From: Sarea resinae
Lineage: Eukaryota
Direction of reading: 5' to 3'
Length of the DNA: 64,000 nt
NCBI GenBank assembly: GCA_026026165.1
Contig: JAPEUD010000007.1
Location: forward strand, 310,001-374,000
Shown here: positions 23,605 through 37,089 of the stretch, one piece after another
Layout of the letters: each line of letters starts with the position of its first letter
How positions within the stretch are numbered: the stretch's first letter is position 1
Program-made: the position numbers and the translations under genes
The notes under the pieces: generated by a model
What the model saw: only the letters and a program-made list of their open reading frames with translations
Told to the model about the DNA's origin: nothing
Databases searched by the model: none

Positions 23605-24150
23605 TCTAGTCCTCTTATCCTATCCCCCTTTAAAAAAACCAAAAATCCCCCTCTCTCTTTTCCTCTTCTTTCTACACCTACATCTACATCCCTTCTCTCT
23701 ATCCTTTCCCTCACTTCACTTCTTTATCTCGCTCTTTATTATCTTTTCCTATATCTTTCTTTCTTTCCTATATGTACTCTAGAGTATATCCTTTTTCTAT
23801 ATCCCTTGGTCCAATGTTTTTTACATATCTTTTCTAGGTAGATTACAAAAAAACTCGATTTCCTCTCTCTCTCCCTATCTTCCCCCCCCCCCCCCCCCCC
23901 CCTCTCTTAAAGAAAAACCTCCTGCTATTAAAAGGAAAGGAAAGGAAAGGAAAGGAGAGGAAAGAAAGGAAGCAAAGAAGCGAGAAAGAGAGAAAGAGAG
24001 AAAAGGAAGGGGGAAGAGGGCTAAGAGATAGAAAGGAAAGGAAAAAAAATGGTCAAGAAAACAAAAGAGAATGATAGGATGTCCCTCTGCCCCCCCCTCC
24101 CACCCCACCGCTCTAAAAGAGAAAGAAGAGGAGAGAAAAAAAAGAAGAAT
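23150..24150. repeat. AT-rich, microsatellite-dense low-complexity tract ((TA)n, (GA)n, (CA)n, (CT)n, C21, (GGAAA)n)
   Basis: Direct reading; C21 at 23882-23902; CA/TG dinucleotides look scarce outside the (CA)n run. Confidence 0.85.
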
Positions 24151-24661
24151 CAGAGTGATTATAATACCGTCGATGGTCTATCACCCGCAATACAGATAGA
24201 CAGAACTTGCCCGTGCCGTGTGGACGAGGTCGGATCAGACCCGATGCCACGAGATGCGATAGAACCAGAGAGGATTCGTGTGCGGTGCGGTGCGGTGCGG
24301 TGCGATGCGATGCGATGCGTGTCATGGGCCGGGCTACAGCACTGCAGAGTACGGCATAGCATAGCACAGCACAGCACGCACGATCCGCGGATTGCCTCTA
24401 GGGATATCGCCCAGCACACGTACGCAATCAGAAACAAGGAGAAAGCCCCCCCCAAACCAAAGGACCGCATGCCGAGCCGAGATGTCACCCACCTCAGGCC
24501 AGACTGCGCACACGCCGCCCAACACTGACCGACGAAGATGCACAAAGCGTACTGAAAGAACCAAGCTCAACCTCTCCCATTTCATCCCCTCATCCCTTCA
24601 TCCCTTCACCCCTTCACTCCTTCACCCCTTCACTTCACCGCACTTCACTTCCCCTCCAACT

Positions 24662-25706
24662 CTACTTTCTCTTCCGCACCGGCAACCCCATGGCCTTCCT
24701 AGTCTCCCGATCGCCCTCGGCCAGCCAACTGGCCGCCTTGCAGAGCTGAATCACATTGATGATCTGCTTGCCCGCCATGATCGGGGCCGAGATGACCAAG
24801 ATGGTCCACGGCAGCTTCGAGTCCATCTTGTTGGCGCGAGCGAGCTCAAGCGCGCCCGCCGAGTGCGGGTTCGCAAAGAGCGAGACCGGGTCCGGGTGCG
24901 ACGGGTTGCCTGGCTGCGTCGATTGCGGCACGGGCTGGAGCAGCGAGGGTGAGAGCATGGGCGAGGAGAAGGAAAGTAGGTAGAGTGCGATGAAAAAGAG
25001 CTCGTTCAGGGCGCAGAAGAGAAAGAGTACTTTCTGTGGGTTGCAAAATTTATATCAGTTCATGCATCTCTCGACTCGATTTTTAAAGACTGGAGGGGGA
25101 GGCTTATAAGCAAGGTGGGAACCCACATTATTCGAATAATACTGCTTCAGAACCCAACTCCTCTCTTCATCGACACTCTTATGGCTCTGGCCCGACTCGC
25201 CCATCGAGAGCGTAGCGTACATGTGCATATAGTGACTTGCGAGATCGAGACTGATGAGTCCCTGGAACAGAATCGCCCAGCGCGGCCAGGCCGAGCTCAG
25301 GAACACCAACAGACAAGCTGTCGTGCAGCGATCCGTCACCATGTCCAGCACGGCTCCAAAACGAGTGGATTGGTGGAAGTGGCGGGCGGCGACGCCGTCG
25401 AGCGCGTCGAGGAGGCACGACACGCTGTACAGGATGGAACAGGTGCGAGGGTGCAGCGGCATGTAGTAGAGGGATGAGATTGCGAGAAAGATTCGCGCGT
25501 AGCCTGTGGACCGAGTCAGCAAAGATGATCCAGCAGCCGGAAACTATCTCCTCACCGATCAGATTCGGATAGAAGAGAAAGATGTTCTCCTTCGGTTCAG
25601 ATGTGGCTTTCCGCGCTCCTGCCGAAGCCTTGCCATTCCCGCTGCCATTTGCCTTTGGGGACGAAGATGCTTCGGACGTCTGTTTTCTCGTCCGCACGCC
25701 TGACAT
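24662..25706 (-). CDS. PIS1: Phosphatidylinositol synthase (CDP-DAG--inositol 3-phosphatidyltransferase)
   Basis: ENIFLFYPNLIG|YARI; introns 25555-25504 and 25126-25034. CDP-alcohol phosphotransferase motif DALDGVAARHFHQSTRFGAVLDMVTD; DLASHYMHMY; CALNELFF. Confidence 0.95.
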
Positions 25707-26749
25707 GATGTGTTTTTCTTGCTGTCCCTGCAGATTGGTGATGCGCTTCTATGTTTGCAAAGCCGGATTATCCGAGTGGGCGAAGATTCTGTAAGCTGTT
25801 TCGCGTGACGGTGGGCGCAATATCTTTTGAGAGAGAAGAGTATGCTGCGGAGCTGGATATATCGATCCACTTCTGTGAGTCTTGATAGATGGGGACACTG
25901 TGTCGTCAGCTTGCACGCGGTTGCAGAAGGTTGCTGGAGCTGTCGGAGCTGTCGGAGCTGGTGGATGGCAAGCAGATCGAGCAGAAAGTCGAATGTTCGG
26001 GTGCGTACTGATAAGCGCGATAAGAGTCGGGTGCAGTGAAATTGGAAACTCTGTTGCTTCGAGAAGCTGCAGAAAGATGTACGTGAGGATTATTAAAAGG
26101 GCGTAGAAAACAAGGAGCGAAGCAGTGAGATGTGTATGAAGAGTGGAAAAAGTGACGACGACGGTGGACCTCGGACCTGTCGAAATGAGATGAGCGAACT
26201 GTAAATTACGTGAGTCCGTGTGTTGGTGAGGGCGAAGGAATCAGGGGTCACGGTACTTTTGCGCCCGACTTACTCATCCACGCCTCCGCTCTCGAGCTGC
26301 CTCGAGACCTCGAGAAACCAAAATGCAATATGAGCCATGTTCAAGTACCCGCGACACAAGCCCGATTATTTGAAGGTTGAGATATAGAGATATAGATGGA
26401 GGAGCATGTCTGGACCATCAGAGACCCCCAATGATGGACAGATGAATTGACTGCTAAATATCCCACTCATCTATGAATAGCATGCCTGGCACTTCATCCA
26501 CCGCTCTCCACATGCCTCTGTCGACGCCTCCATCTTCTATGCACAATTAATGAACAATGCAAATGTAAACCACAAACAGACGGTGATCTCGCCGCCGTCA
26601 CCGCACCGCTGTATCAAAGGATAAGGATATGATGAACGTAAAAGCAAGCAAACAATTTCGCCGGTAGAAAAGCTCCGCCCATTCCTCGTTCCTGCATGAC
26701 CACCCCTGACGCCACAAGGACAAACATCTGACGAGCAAGCAGGCCAAAT

Positions 26750-28993
26750 CTAGTGGTACCCATTGGCATTTCGGCCTCGCTCTTGTTCGCGATCCATGCG
26801 AATCCTCAGCGCTTCCGTGCCGTCATCGATCAGACTTTCCTTGAACCACGGATGCTGAAGAGCTTCCTTGGCTGTGAGCCGCTGTCTTGGATCATAGACG
26901 AATATTTTGCGCAGCAGATCCAGGAAAAGCTTGTTGAAGGGCGTGCTAGGTGGGATAATATCCTGAAAATGTCAATTAAGCTCCATGTGAGGTCCACGGT
27001 AACCTACCTGAAGCTTCTTCATTGCCTTGACGTATTTTCGAGAGGCCCTCGACGTCTCGTTGTTGGGGTAATCAAGTTTCTGACCTCTGACGAAGTATCT
27101 GAGAATCATTAGATTCGGATCTTCCTAGCGACGAAAAGTTACTCACCTCGCAGCCTGATTCCCGTTACTGCCTCTACTACCTTGTTGAACTTGCCTCACC
27201 AGCCTGGTATCAATCTTCCCACCGCATACCGGCTCCATCATTGCAAGATGCTCGAGGTTGTCATGTGTCTGGAAGAGTGCATCTCCAGTGAAAAACTCCA
27301 CCAGAATGCAGCCAATGCTCCAAATATCACAGGGAAAGCTCCATCCAAGATTCAATATGATCTCTGGAGCACGGTAGTGTCTCGTCGACACCACAGAAGA
27401 ATGGTACTCATCATCAAAAGTGGCAGAGCCAAAATCGATAAGTCGGATTTCAGTGTCCAAGAGGACTCTTCGTTGCCTAGCTTGTCGATTTGTCGTAGTT
27501 GAAGAAGAAGGTATGGTACGGTTGTAGGTAAAAGTCTGGTACTGATTGTTCACCAGAAGAATATTCTCTGGCTTGAGATCGGTATGGATAAGGTTGAGGT
27601 CATGTAGGACTGCGATCATCAGCAATGTCAACAGTGCTTTAGTCTGGAACACTCACAGGCGACGCTGGTAAAAAGCTGTCTGGCAAAACTCTGGATCTGA
27701 CTGCTCGGAAATGGCACAAATAGATTCGCCTTGAGAAAGTCGAAAACGCTCTGACCTAGCAGATCTGTAACAATGCAGATGTGATTCCGAAAGTCAAAGC
27801 AATCTCGCAGGTGGATGCATTTATTTCGATTCTCTTTATCGTTGGCACCGAGTGTTGACAGCACTCGTAATTCAATTCGCGAGGCATCTCTGTATTTTTG
27901 AACAGACCGGATGATCTTGATGGCACACTTGGTCCGCTTTCTCTTGTCGTACGCCTCGACGACTTTTCCAAATGTACCTTGGCCGAGAAGTCTTGTTATT
28001 TGATCTGATGAGATGTCAGTATGAAAATTCCGCGACGGACCGCCATCGACAAAAGGAAAGCACGACGCAAGCTTACATCTTTCCGAGAGATCGGCATCCG
28101 GCATGACGATAAAATGCCCATCGTCATCATCTACCAGATGGTGCTTCATCGACGAATTCTGATTGGGTTAGTCGATACTCACCGAGATAGGATCGGAAAC
28201 TTACATCTTGCACGACCGAAACGTGAACATCTTTGGCCTTGATAGGTGGCTTAGGCGGAGGCACATAGCTGGTGAAGGCATCCGATTGTACGATTTCTCG
28301 TCTCTTCGCCTCATCTGCTACGGCCTTGCGAGTCCGCTTCCTTTTCTGCCCAACAACTCCGTCTTCGAGCTTGGAATGAGCTCCATTACTGCCACTCGTG
28401 TGAGATCCCAATGACGTAGCGGCCGTGGTATTAAGCGCCGATGTCGTTCGATCGGTCGAGATGGTTGCCGATGGAGAGTCGTTAGTATACGGCGACTGAT
28501 ATGCTGGGGCCGGCTGATAGACCGGATCGAAGGCTGATGTGCCGGCCGTCTTCCGCTTCTTGTCGGCATGTTTGACGCTTCCGTTGGTAGCTACGGTACG
28601 TGTCGTCTGACTAGGCCTGCCATCTGGCGTGTGGTAATCGTGTGGTGATGGCGAGTCGTCGTCTATGACGATAACCTCCTTGGGCAGGCCATGTTTGTAG
28701 AACTCGGCCCAATCTGGCTTTCGTCCCGCTTTGCTGGCACTATCCTGACGAGCTGACGATGGCTGAGAGTTGCTCATCGCGGCATTCTGTGGAGGAGGCC
28801 TAGAAGAAGTCGTTCTCGTAGAGCTGGAGACGGGACTGTTGGTGGGGAAATTGTAAGCCAGACGCGAAGGACCGTTCAGCAGCGAATTATTGGGATGATA
28901 GACCCCACCGGTCTGATAATTCGACTGATGAGAATATCCGTAGTGGGGATGCGTTGGGGGAATCGTCGCCGTCGCGGTTGAAGGCGTCGACAT
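26750..28993 (-). CDS. lkh1: LAMMER (CLK/Lkh1/Kns1) dual-specificity protein kinase
   Basis: Introns 28204-28159, 28076-28005, 27656-27610, 27146-27099 and 27007-26963. Motifs [48 protein letters not shown]. Confidence 0.95.
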
Positions 28994-31512
28994 GCTCAGC
29001 GAGCGAAAGGCTGGATTGAGCACGAGGCTATGGTGTCAATGCCGTCAATAGGCCACGATCACGGTGGACTCCTGGCGAAACGATATTGATTTCACCACAT
29101 CGACGTCGCAGGGTGGATTTTTCAGCGTGACGAGACGGATGTTTCCTGTTCACTCCTCGAGCGGAGTCGTCAGTTGTCGTCAGGTGGTAGGTTTTCCTTG
29201 GCCGATCGGGCGCGTTTCATTCGGAAGGGCGGACGTACAGTCAAGAGACGTCAGAGGAAGTTCGGTGGACTCATCGGGAATCCTAACGAAGCATTGATGG
29301 GCAATAGCAAAGAAAAGAGCCGAGGAAGAATTCCCTTGGATTCTCCGCGGTTGAAACGATCCAGACGGACGAGATCGTTGAGGGGAGAGGATGGTGAAGA
29401 CGTGCCCTGACGGGGGAACTGACTACTGACGACGTTGGCCGCCTCCCGCCTGTGGAGAGGCGAGAGAACGAACGAGCGAGCGAGCGAGCCAGCGTAAGCC
29501 GTGCAGTTGCAGTCACTGTAGCGTAGCGTACCGTAGGTAATCGAGGTAGCTGGAGGTAGTGTACGAAGCATGTAGCAATGATAATGGCGGCCAGCAGCCA
29601 GCAGCCAGCAGCAACGTATCCCGCTGGTCCCCTCCCCCCCAAAGAAGAAAAGGACGGGAATTATGCTAATACTAGCAGGTGACAAAAGTCATCACTTTCA
29701 TCACTACTGCCCTGGTCGAGATAGAGATAGATGGAAAGTAGGGAGGTGTGCCATGTATGGAGATCATTCGAATGTCTCCTTTCTTCAGTAAGTTCTATTT
29801 GAGGATATACCATTATTCACTCATGAGCATGAGGCACCCCATCTCTATATCTAATAAATCATGCAGCCTGTACTGGAGGTATCTATCCATTCATCCATTC
29901 AGACCTTCAGTTTCCTGCACTCGCTCGGCGTGGGTGGGCACTCCTTTGCTCATTCGCTATTTCGGTCCAGAGAGGTAGAGGTGCGCTGACTTCCATCATT
30001 GCTGACTACCTCCCTACCTTCACCTCCAGGGCTACCTGAGTGACCTTGGCTACAGTGACGAGTAGAGTACAGAGTACAGAGCCCGTTGCTGGGGCAGAGA
30101 CGAAAGAAGAGAAGCGTGGGACGACCAAAGTACCTACCTAGTAGTCATGGTATGGTAGGTATGGTGTGGTATGGTGGTCATGGTCTATGGCCATTACGAC
30201 CGAAGAGAGGAGAAGACGTCCAGAGACTTGCCCCCCTCCAGACCAGACTCGACTGCTGTGACTGCGGCGTTCCGTATCTTTCCATGCTTCCTCGAATTAG
30301 AGTCTCGTACCTACCTTACCTAGGCAGGTATCCAATGTGCGTACAGAGTACCAGTACGTGCACGAGAAGGGCTTCGGCCTGTACATAGTAAAGGTGGGAA
30401 TGCGCAGTGAGATAGAGAAAGGTACGAGGTACCGAGTTGAGACGAAATGGATCCATCCGTGGAGGGATATGGGATCCGCTCTCCAGCTCCATACTCCGTA
30501 CAGTCCATACCTCACTCAGTCCAGCCCGAGCCCGAGATAGATACTTCTAGGGCCAAGTAATCTACACGTACGGAACGCCAAAGGCGCGTGCGACGAAGTC
30601 ACTCGTTCGCGCACCCGCGAGGTGCAGGATACTCGATGGGAGAGAGTGTGGGGATGAGCCCTGGAGTCCCATCGGTACCTTCCACGATCCATTTGATTGC
30701 TCTAACCGTACTTTGTCCTAGCGGTGGCAGTAGTACCTCGCGTATCTTCTGATACACCCTCCGTACCTTGTACCATTGCCCTCTGCCTCCACTTTCCCGT
30801 CGCCCTTCCTTGCGTCCACTCGAATCAGCCCGTCCTGAGCTTCTCCTCCCCGTCCCCCCGGTGGCCAGAATCAAGACGGAAGAGGATGTGGCATCTTGCT
30901 TGTCTGGTTCAACAATGGTGTTGATAATAAGAGAGGACTCGTAGACATGATCATTGACCGTGGCCAGAAACAGGACATGCTGCTGAATCAAATGATTGCC
31001 CGAGGATCATGTTCCTCATGTAATGTACGAACTACTCCGGAGCATTCGTCTTCCACTGCCAATCTTCTTGATCGACAAGAACGCCCGACTTCCGATCGTC
31101 GTCGATGGAATCCTCACAGGTCGAATATCAAATGCTTCATCTTTTCCCATACATATTCTAAGAACTGGCAGCTAGCGGAGAGCTCTTCGACCATGTGATG
31201 CCTTTCTTTCGATACATGGGTCTCTTGTCTCGCACAAACCTGGCCAGTAGTCCATGTTCAGACGTTCCAACGAGTCGTACTATCTTACAGCTGGAGACAT
31301 GTCTCAAGACCGCTCAACCACCCCGGCTCCAGAGGACGTCTTCACAACCGTCCAAGGTCGCACACCTACCTACCTACCTACCTACCCTACCCACCATCCA
31401 GCCCCCAAACAATTTCATTTGATGCCAACGCCCCCGCTGCCAAACCGCAAACAGACCCGATACAGCATCCGACTGAAACAATGCGCGTGAAGCCACCAGC
31501 CGATAGCCGGTG

Positions 31513-34500
31513 TCACGTTTTCTGATGTGCCGACCAGAGCGGCGCGACCGTCTCGACCGCCCGTTCAACGACGGCTTTGACTCTGTCTCGAAGAACGCCG
31601 TACGAGCATTCGACGTCGAGATGCTCGAGCCAGACTCGCGCGACGTGCTTGTCGACCGTGATCTCGACGCCTGGAACGGGAATGCCTAGTTGATGCAAGC
31701 GGTCTAGTTCTTCAGCTTCAAGGTCGTCGATGCTTTCCTCCTCCTCTTCGCTTGGTTCCGGGGATTCGGCCTTGATGCCATTGGACGTAGATGTAGCCGA
31801 TTTGGTCTCTTTCAATGGCAACTTTGGCCGCTCAATGGGGATGACGCTGGTGCCAAACTGGGCTTCAAGAAATAAGCACACGCGTGTGAAGCGTTCTTCG
31901 GGCCTCAGGTCGGCATGAGGATTGTGCTTCTTTAGGTCGGTTGCATGATTGTGGGATGTCATGCTTGATGATTCTATTTCGGTCAGTACAGACAGGAAGT
32001 TGATGAAAAGAAGAGTTCAAAACTTACGTTTGACGGCGGCGGGGCTGCTCTCGACCGAGAACAAAACAGCCAGCACGGCGTCGGCAATTCCATCATTTAG
32101 CATATTACCCTCCCACTCGACTTCGACTTCCCCATTATTTGCATACCGAACCGTCACGCAACCCATGACAAGGTACGATTTCGTAGGGGAGCGCTGGAGT
32201 TCTTCATCAGCTGCCTCTTGGTCATGCATCTTGCTGTTCCCATTTACATCCGCCTCTCCGTTCGGCTTTGGGTTCTTATCCGGCAATTCTTCTATGCTGC
32301 CAAACATGCCCTCCAAAGCCCATTTGATTAGGTCGATGCCGGCAGCACTCAGTGTTAAGCGCTGTCTACAAGTGATGGTCGTGGTAGTCAACCCTGCGTA
32401 TTCGCGCAGATCTTCCGGCGCCATAAGTGTGAGCTTAAAGTCATTTTGTACCAGCACTCCAGTGATGATTCGTTCTTCACCGGGCTTTTGTGGTGGTTTG
32501 ATCTGAGCAAGCCTCCCGACAACTTTGGCTGTCTTGTCGGTCTTGAATGGAATTCGAAGCTCTTCACAATTGGCGGGGCTGAAGACTTTTACTTTTGATG
32601 TCTTGTCTGCATTGAGACTCAACAACTTGGACTTGAGCCGCATCATGTTGTGCTTTTCTCCGTGGACAAGAATCTAGATGCAAAGTTAACCGGTGCTCAT
32701 GAAAAAGGATTGCGCTGTAACATACAACAACAGGAGCGGAAATCTCTTCAATGAATTCCCGGTTCTCTTGGCCATCGACGTGGGCTGCAAAGCTGTACTC
32801 TTGTACTTGGCATCTCCTTGGAATCATAACCTTTTCTTGGTCACCTGTCCCAGGGCCCCTTCGCCCACCACCACCTCTGCGCGAGGTCATGACTGCTTCG
32901 ATCGAGTCTGGCTCGTTCATGATCTGTTTCGCCATGGTTCCTTCAACGGAGTAACCCGTAATGATAACAGCGTTTCTGTTGTCTGGTGCCCACCGTTCTA
33001 GCAATTCTCGAGATACACCGTTTTGTAACATGCCCGGACTGGCTAGCATGACGCAGCTTCCGACATCGTCGAACCGATCGAGATTTTTGAGACTTCGAAT
33101 AAAATTGAAGTCCCAAGGGCCCCCTTTACCGACATCGCCGGCAGCCTCAGCCGCGGCCATCCGCTCGCGAAAGAGACGCTTGATATTGTCATTCATCGCA
33201 CCTACATAGGTCTGATAAACGACCATACATTTTCGAGCCAGATTAGAGGCGTAGTAGAGGGGTATCTTCTGGAATTCGGCGTGCCTAGCCCAATACTCGT
33301 CTAAGATGAGTAGCAGCTCCTGGGCCCGACCAAGAGCGAAGACGGGCATCAACACTCGACCGCCTCTATTTAACACCCCTGTAACCGACCTCATGAGGGC
33401 CGCTTCTCGCTCGAGACGAGGTATGTGAGAGGCAATCCCGTAAGTGCTTTCCGTTATCAGGACATCCACTTTGACGTTCTTGGGAACTTCTGCGGGGATG
33501 AGATGACGATCATCTTCTCGTGAGTAATCACCAGTAAATAGGATCTTGAGCCCAGCAATTTCGATCAAGAACATGGCCGCACCGAGTACATGGCCGGCAG
33601 GGTATGGGGTTATACGAATAGAGGAGATGGTATGCGTCGTGTGATAATCGATAGCTTCGATTTGGGGAAAGGTAGAAAGGTGATCCGCTTCTGTGTACAA
33701 TTGCACACGTTGCTCTGCCGAAGACGATGTATTGCTGTAACGCCGTTAACCTCCGCCTTGGTTTCTGGGTTGCGAATATGCTTACCTGACTCGAACGCTG
33801 TCCTGGATAAGCCATTTGTAGATGGCCTTGGTAGGATGGGTCATAAAGACTCGACCTCTGAAGTTCGTCTTGGCTAGTACATAGGGCAAGGAGGAAGCAT
33901 GGTCAAGGTGGAAACTGGCACATGAGCGTTAGCTGGTACTACAGATATGGCGCAGTTGAAACTTGGACTCAAACTGCATGCGCAAGCACAAGAAACGACA
34001 AATAGTAATAACAAGTAGCAGAGACTGCCGTGACCTCGACTGTGCACCAAAACACGAGAGTGATCACGGCAACATGATAGCCAGGCCAGTGCAGCAGACA
34101 AATGTGGTATTGAATTGTGTACATCACAGATGGCAGGCCAGAACAAGTCTCCACCAATCCTCTCCCATCACAGCCAGTATCTCCGATTGAGCAACTCAGA
34201 AACACAAAGACAAGGCCGGGATGCAGAGTGTAAGGCAATAATAACGGGAAGTTATGCAATGAAGCAAAGAAGACTTCGGCGGATAGGGAGCGCACAGAAG
34301 GAAGCCAACCCATCCAAAATGTGCCGGGTGCCAGCAGCATAAAAATATGAGACAAGACAAAAGATTCCACGTACTGGCTTATGAGAAGGACATCGACGGT
34401 GCTGAGGTCGAATTCGTCATAGAAAGGTAGGGCCGCAAGACCATCGTAGGCGGGATGTATGCCGGCATCGAGCTATAGAGACGGCAGGCAAAGGTCAGCA

Positions 34501-34726
34501 GTTTGTCCCAGCCCCTTATCTCCTGGCTTGCATCTCCATGCGCGCTCTGATCTCCCATCCAGAATGACAGACGCACCATGACCGTTTTGCCTTTGTATTG
34601 AAGGATGTGACATGAACGCCCTACTTCGTTGCCGCCGCCGAGACACAGGAACATGAGCTCGTCTGAAGGGTCCACGGGCTCCTCGATAGCGGGCGACATG
34701 GCGGACAGCTTTCTCTTCGTCGCCAT
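31513..34726 (-). CDS. YSH1: Pre-mRNA 3'-end endoribonuclease (CPSF73/Ysh1)
   Basis: [73 protein letters not shown]. Introns 34576-34473, 34374-33915, 33785-33735, 32725-32674 and 32027-31974. Confidence 0.96.
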
Positions 34727-35219
34727 GATGCAGTTGAAGCTGCAGCTGGCGTGAGGGTTGCAATTGATTCAGATGCAAGGCGAGCTTCGCAGGCCGCGCC
34801 GAGCCTGTCGAAGTGCGCCGATGTGTATGGGCAAGCAACTAACTACCTTGCACCTTGCACCTTGCACCATGCTACTCAGAACAACATCTCCAGTCCAAAA
34901 TCTTCTTCGTCTTCTCCGGTGCAGGTCTTCACGAGATGGGCGTCGATGTGGGAGACAGCTGGAGGCTGCTTGGACGTGATATTCAGGTGTACTCCGGAGT
35001 CCTGTGGCACTGTACTGCGCTAACACTCGAGCTTTAGGGAACAATATCTGGCTTACGTAAGTGTGCCGTCGCCGAGCCTCTACTACTACGTAGTATGTCT
35101 ACTCTACAGTACTGCACACTGCATGCTGGCCCATCGTCATTCTCCTCAACCTCGTTCTCATCGACGGAACACCAGGCTCAGGCTACGAGTGGCCGAGAGC
35201 AGTCATCAGAGACGGCGTC

Positions 35220-37089
35220 ATGGCGCAGCAGATCCCCCCGCCGCGAGTTTACTCGCCCATCCAGTCAACACCATCTCCTGGCGCGACTTCTGCTGGTGGC
35301 TTCCTACCACCAAATAAGAGACAGCGACTGTCACCGAATCCACCATCACCTTATACCACCAATCCAAACTCACCTAACATCCCAAACATCTCTCTTCCGG
35401 CTGCCCCTACTCCGTTGAATGCAACGCCTGTTAACGGTGCATCAGCCATGGCTCCTCCAACTGGCAGCATGGGTCCGCCCTCACGACCGGTCGATAAAGC
35501 TACGGATCTGAATGAGCTTGGAGACGTTATTGCCTCGTCTGGTATCGATATCAAAGATGAAGAGGCGGCGCTCTATCATTCGTACTTTACCGGCGATCAG
35601 CCGAGTTCATCTTTCACCTCAAACAATGCCTCATTCAACTCGACAGGCACCGCTGGCTCGCAGAGTTCAGCTCTATCGCCGAGCAACAGCTTCGCTTACT
35701 CACAGCCTATTCAGGCCGGACCGCAGCAGTTCTATGGGGCAGGTCCTCTGAGTCAACCGGCGGCGCCGCCAAAGTCGGCAGAGGAGATTGCGAATGAAGA
35801 ATGGAAGAGGAAGATTCGGCAGCTGAGCGAGCGGCGCCAACACCATCTCAATGAGCCTTTTCTCTACACCAACACGCTTCGTCACAAGATCGGCCGACGG
35901 ACCTATGATAGCGGCGTTCGCATGCCCATGGAAGGCCTCTACGATCCTTTACCTGCAAAGCCTCCGCGAGGACCCAGCAGCACCACGATAACGGGATCTG
36001 ATGGCACGTCAATAAAGTCAGTGAAAGGCCCAAGTCTGCTCAATGATAATGCGCCATTGGTAGATATCTTGAGTCTTTTATCACTAGCTTGTAATGAGAG
36101 AATACGAGGTATCGTGGAAGACGCCCACGCTCTCGCCAAAGGAAGACGGGTCGGATCACATGGAGTCGTCCCGCCGGACTGGGCCGATCTAGCAATTGGT
36201 CCGGGCGCAGAAGCTCCCACAGCCGTCGCGGCTGCCAACAAGATGGTCCCCCTCAAACGTTTGTCTGATATTCTCGTGCAGAATCCGCTTATTGACACTC
36301 TTCACAGGCTCCCACTCCTCGGCCAATCGTCTTCCGACCCCATCCTCATCCCAGGACATGGTAGCCTCTCCCTCGCCGATAAAAACCATATCCTTCCCCA
36401 ATGAAATTGCCAAAGCCCTCCGCGCACTTGCGCAAAAAGACCGGCAGCACGAAGAAGAGCGGCTGGCCCACCGTGCTGCCCGAGCCTCCCGTGCTTCTTC
36501 AACGCCAGCCCCCGCCGCAGCCCCCGAGCCAGGCTCTAAACCGGACGGCGCAACCACAGCCCCTTCCTCGGCCGCTCCCAGCACTCCCGGCACGCCAGCC
36601 AGCGGTGGTGGCCTCCTCGGCGAACGCGCCCCCGAAGTCAAGATGACCAAAAAGGAACGTGACAAGCTGCTCAAAGCCGGTGCCAGCGAAGCGAACCAGC
36701 ACGCCTCAGCCAATGTCACGGCCAACATGGCGCTCGGGAGCGGGCTGGGCGGCGGCGTCTTTGGCAAGAAAAAGGGCGCCTATAGCTGGATGCAGAAGTC
36801 CAGCAACGCGTCGTCGCCCGGACGACTCAACACCGCGCTTGGATCCGGGACCGGTCTCGGATCGGGCGGCGGTAGTGGTGGTTCCGACGCTTTCTCTGGT
36901 TCTTCCTCGGCCGCTGGCGGAGCCGGCACTTCGCTGTTGCCTCCTCATTCCGGCCGACGCTTCGGTGAGTTCAGAGAGGATCGCGAAAAAGGCGCCGGCA
37001 TCCAGCTGCGCGACGTCGTCTCTGTGCTCGAGGCCGACGGGAAGGAGAAGAAGAGCCTGGCGTGGGTCTATACTCGCATGAAAGATTGA
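35220..37089 (+). CDS. TAF4: TFIID subunit TAF4-like
   Basis: LGDVIASSGIDIKDEE, HHLNEPFL, histone-fold LLSLACNERIRGIVEDA; intron 36259-36307; C-terminal HASANVTANMALG...YSWM...GIQLRDVVSVLE. Confidence 0.85.

Noticed and set aside
29400..31500. ORF 30599-30991 and (TACC)n-rich DNA upstream of the LAMMER kinase
   Set aside because: No domain signal; TACC/GTAG repeats recur in many intergenic regions of the window.
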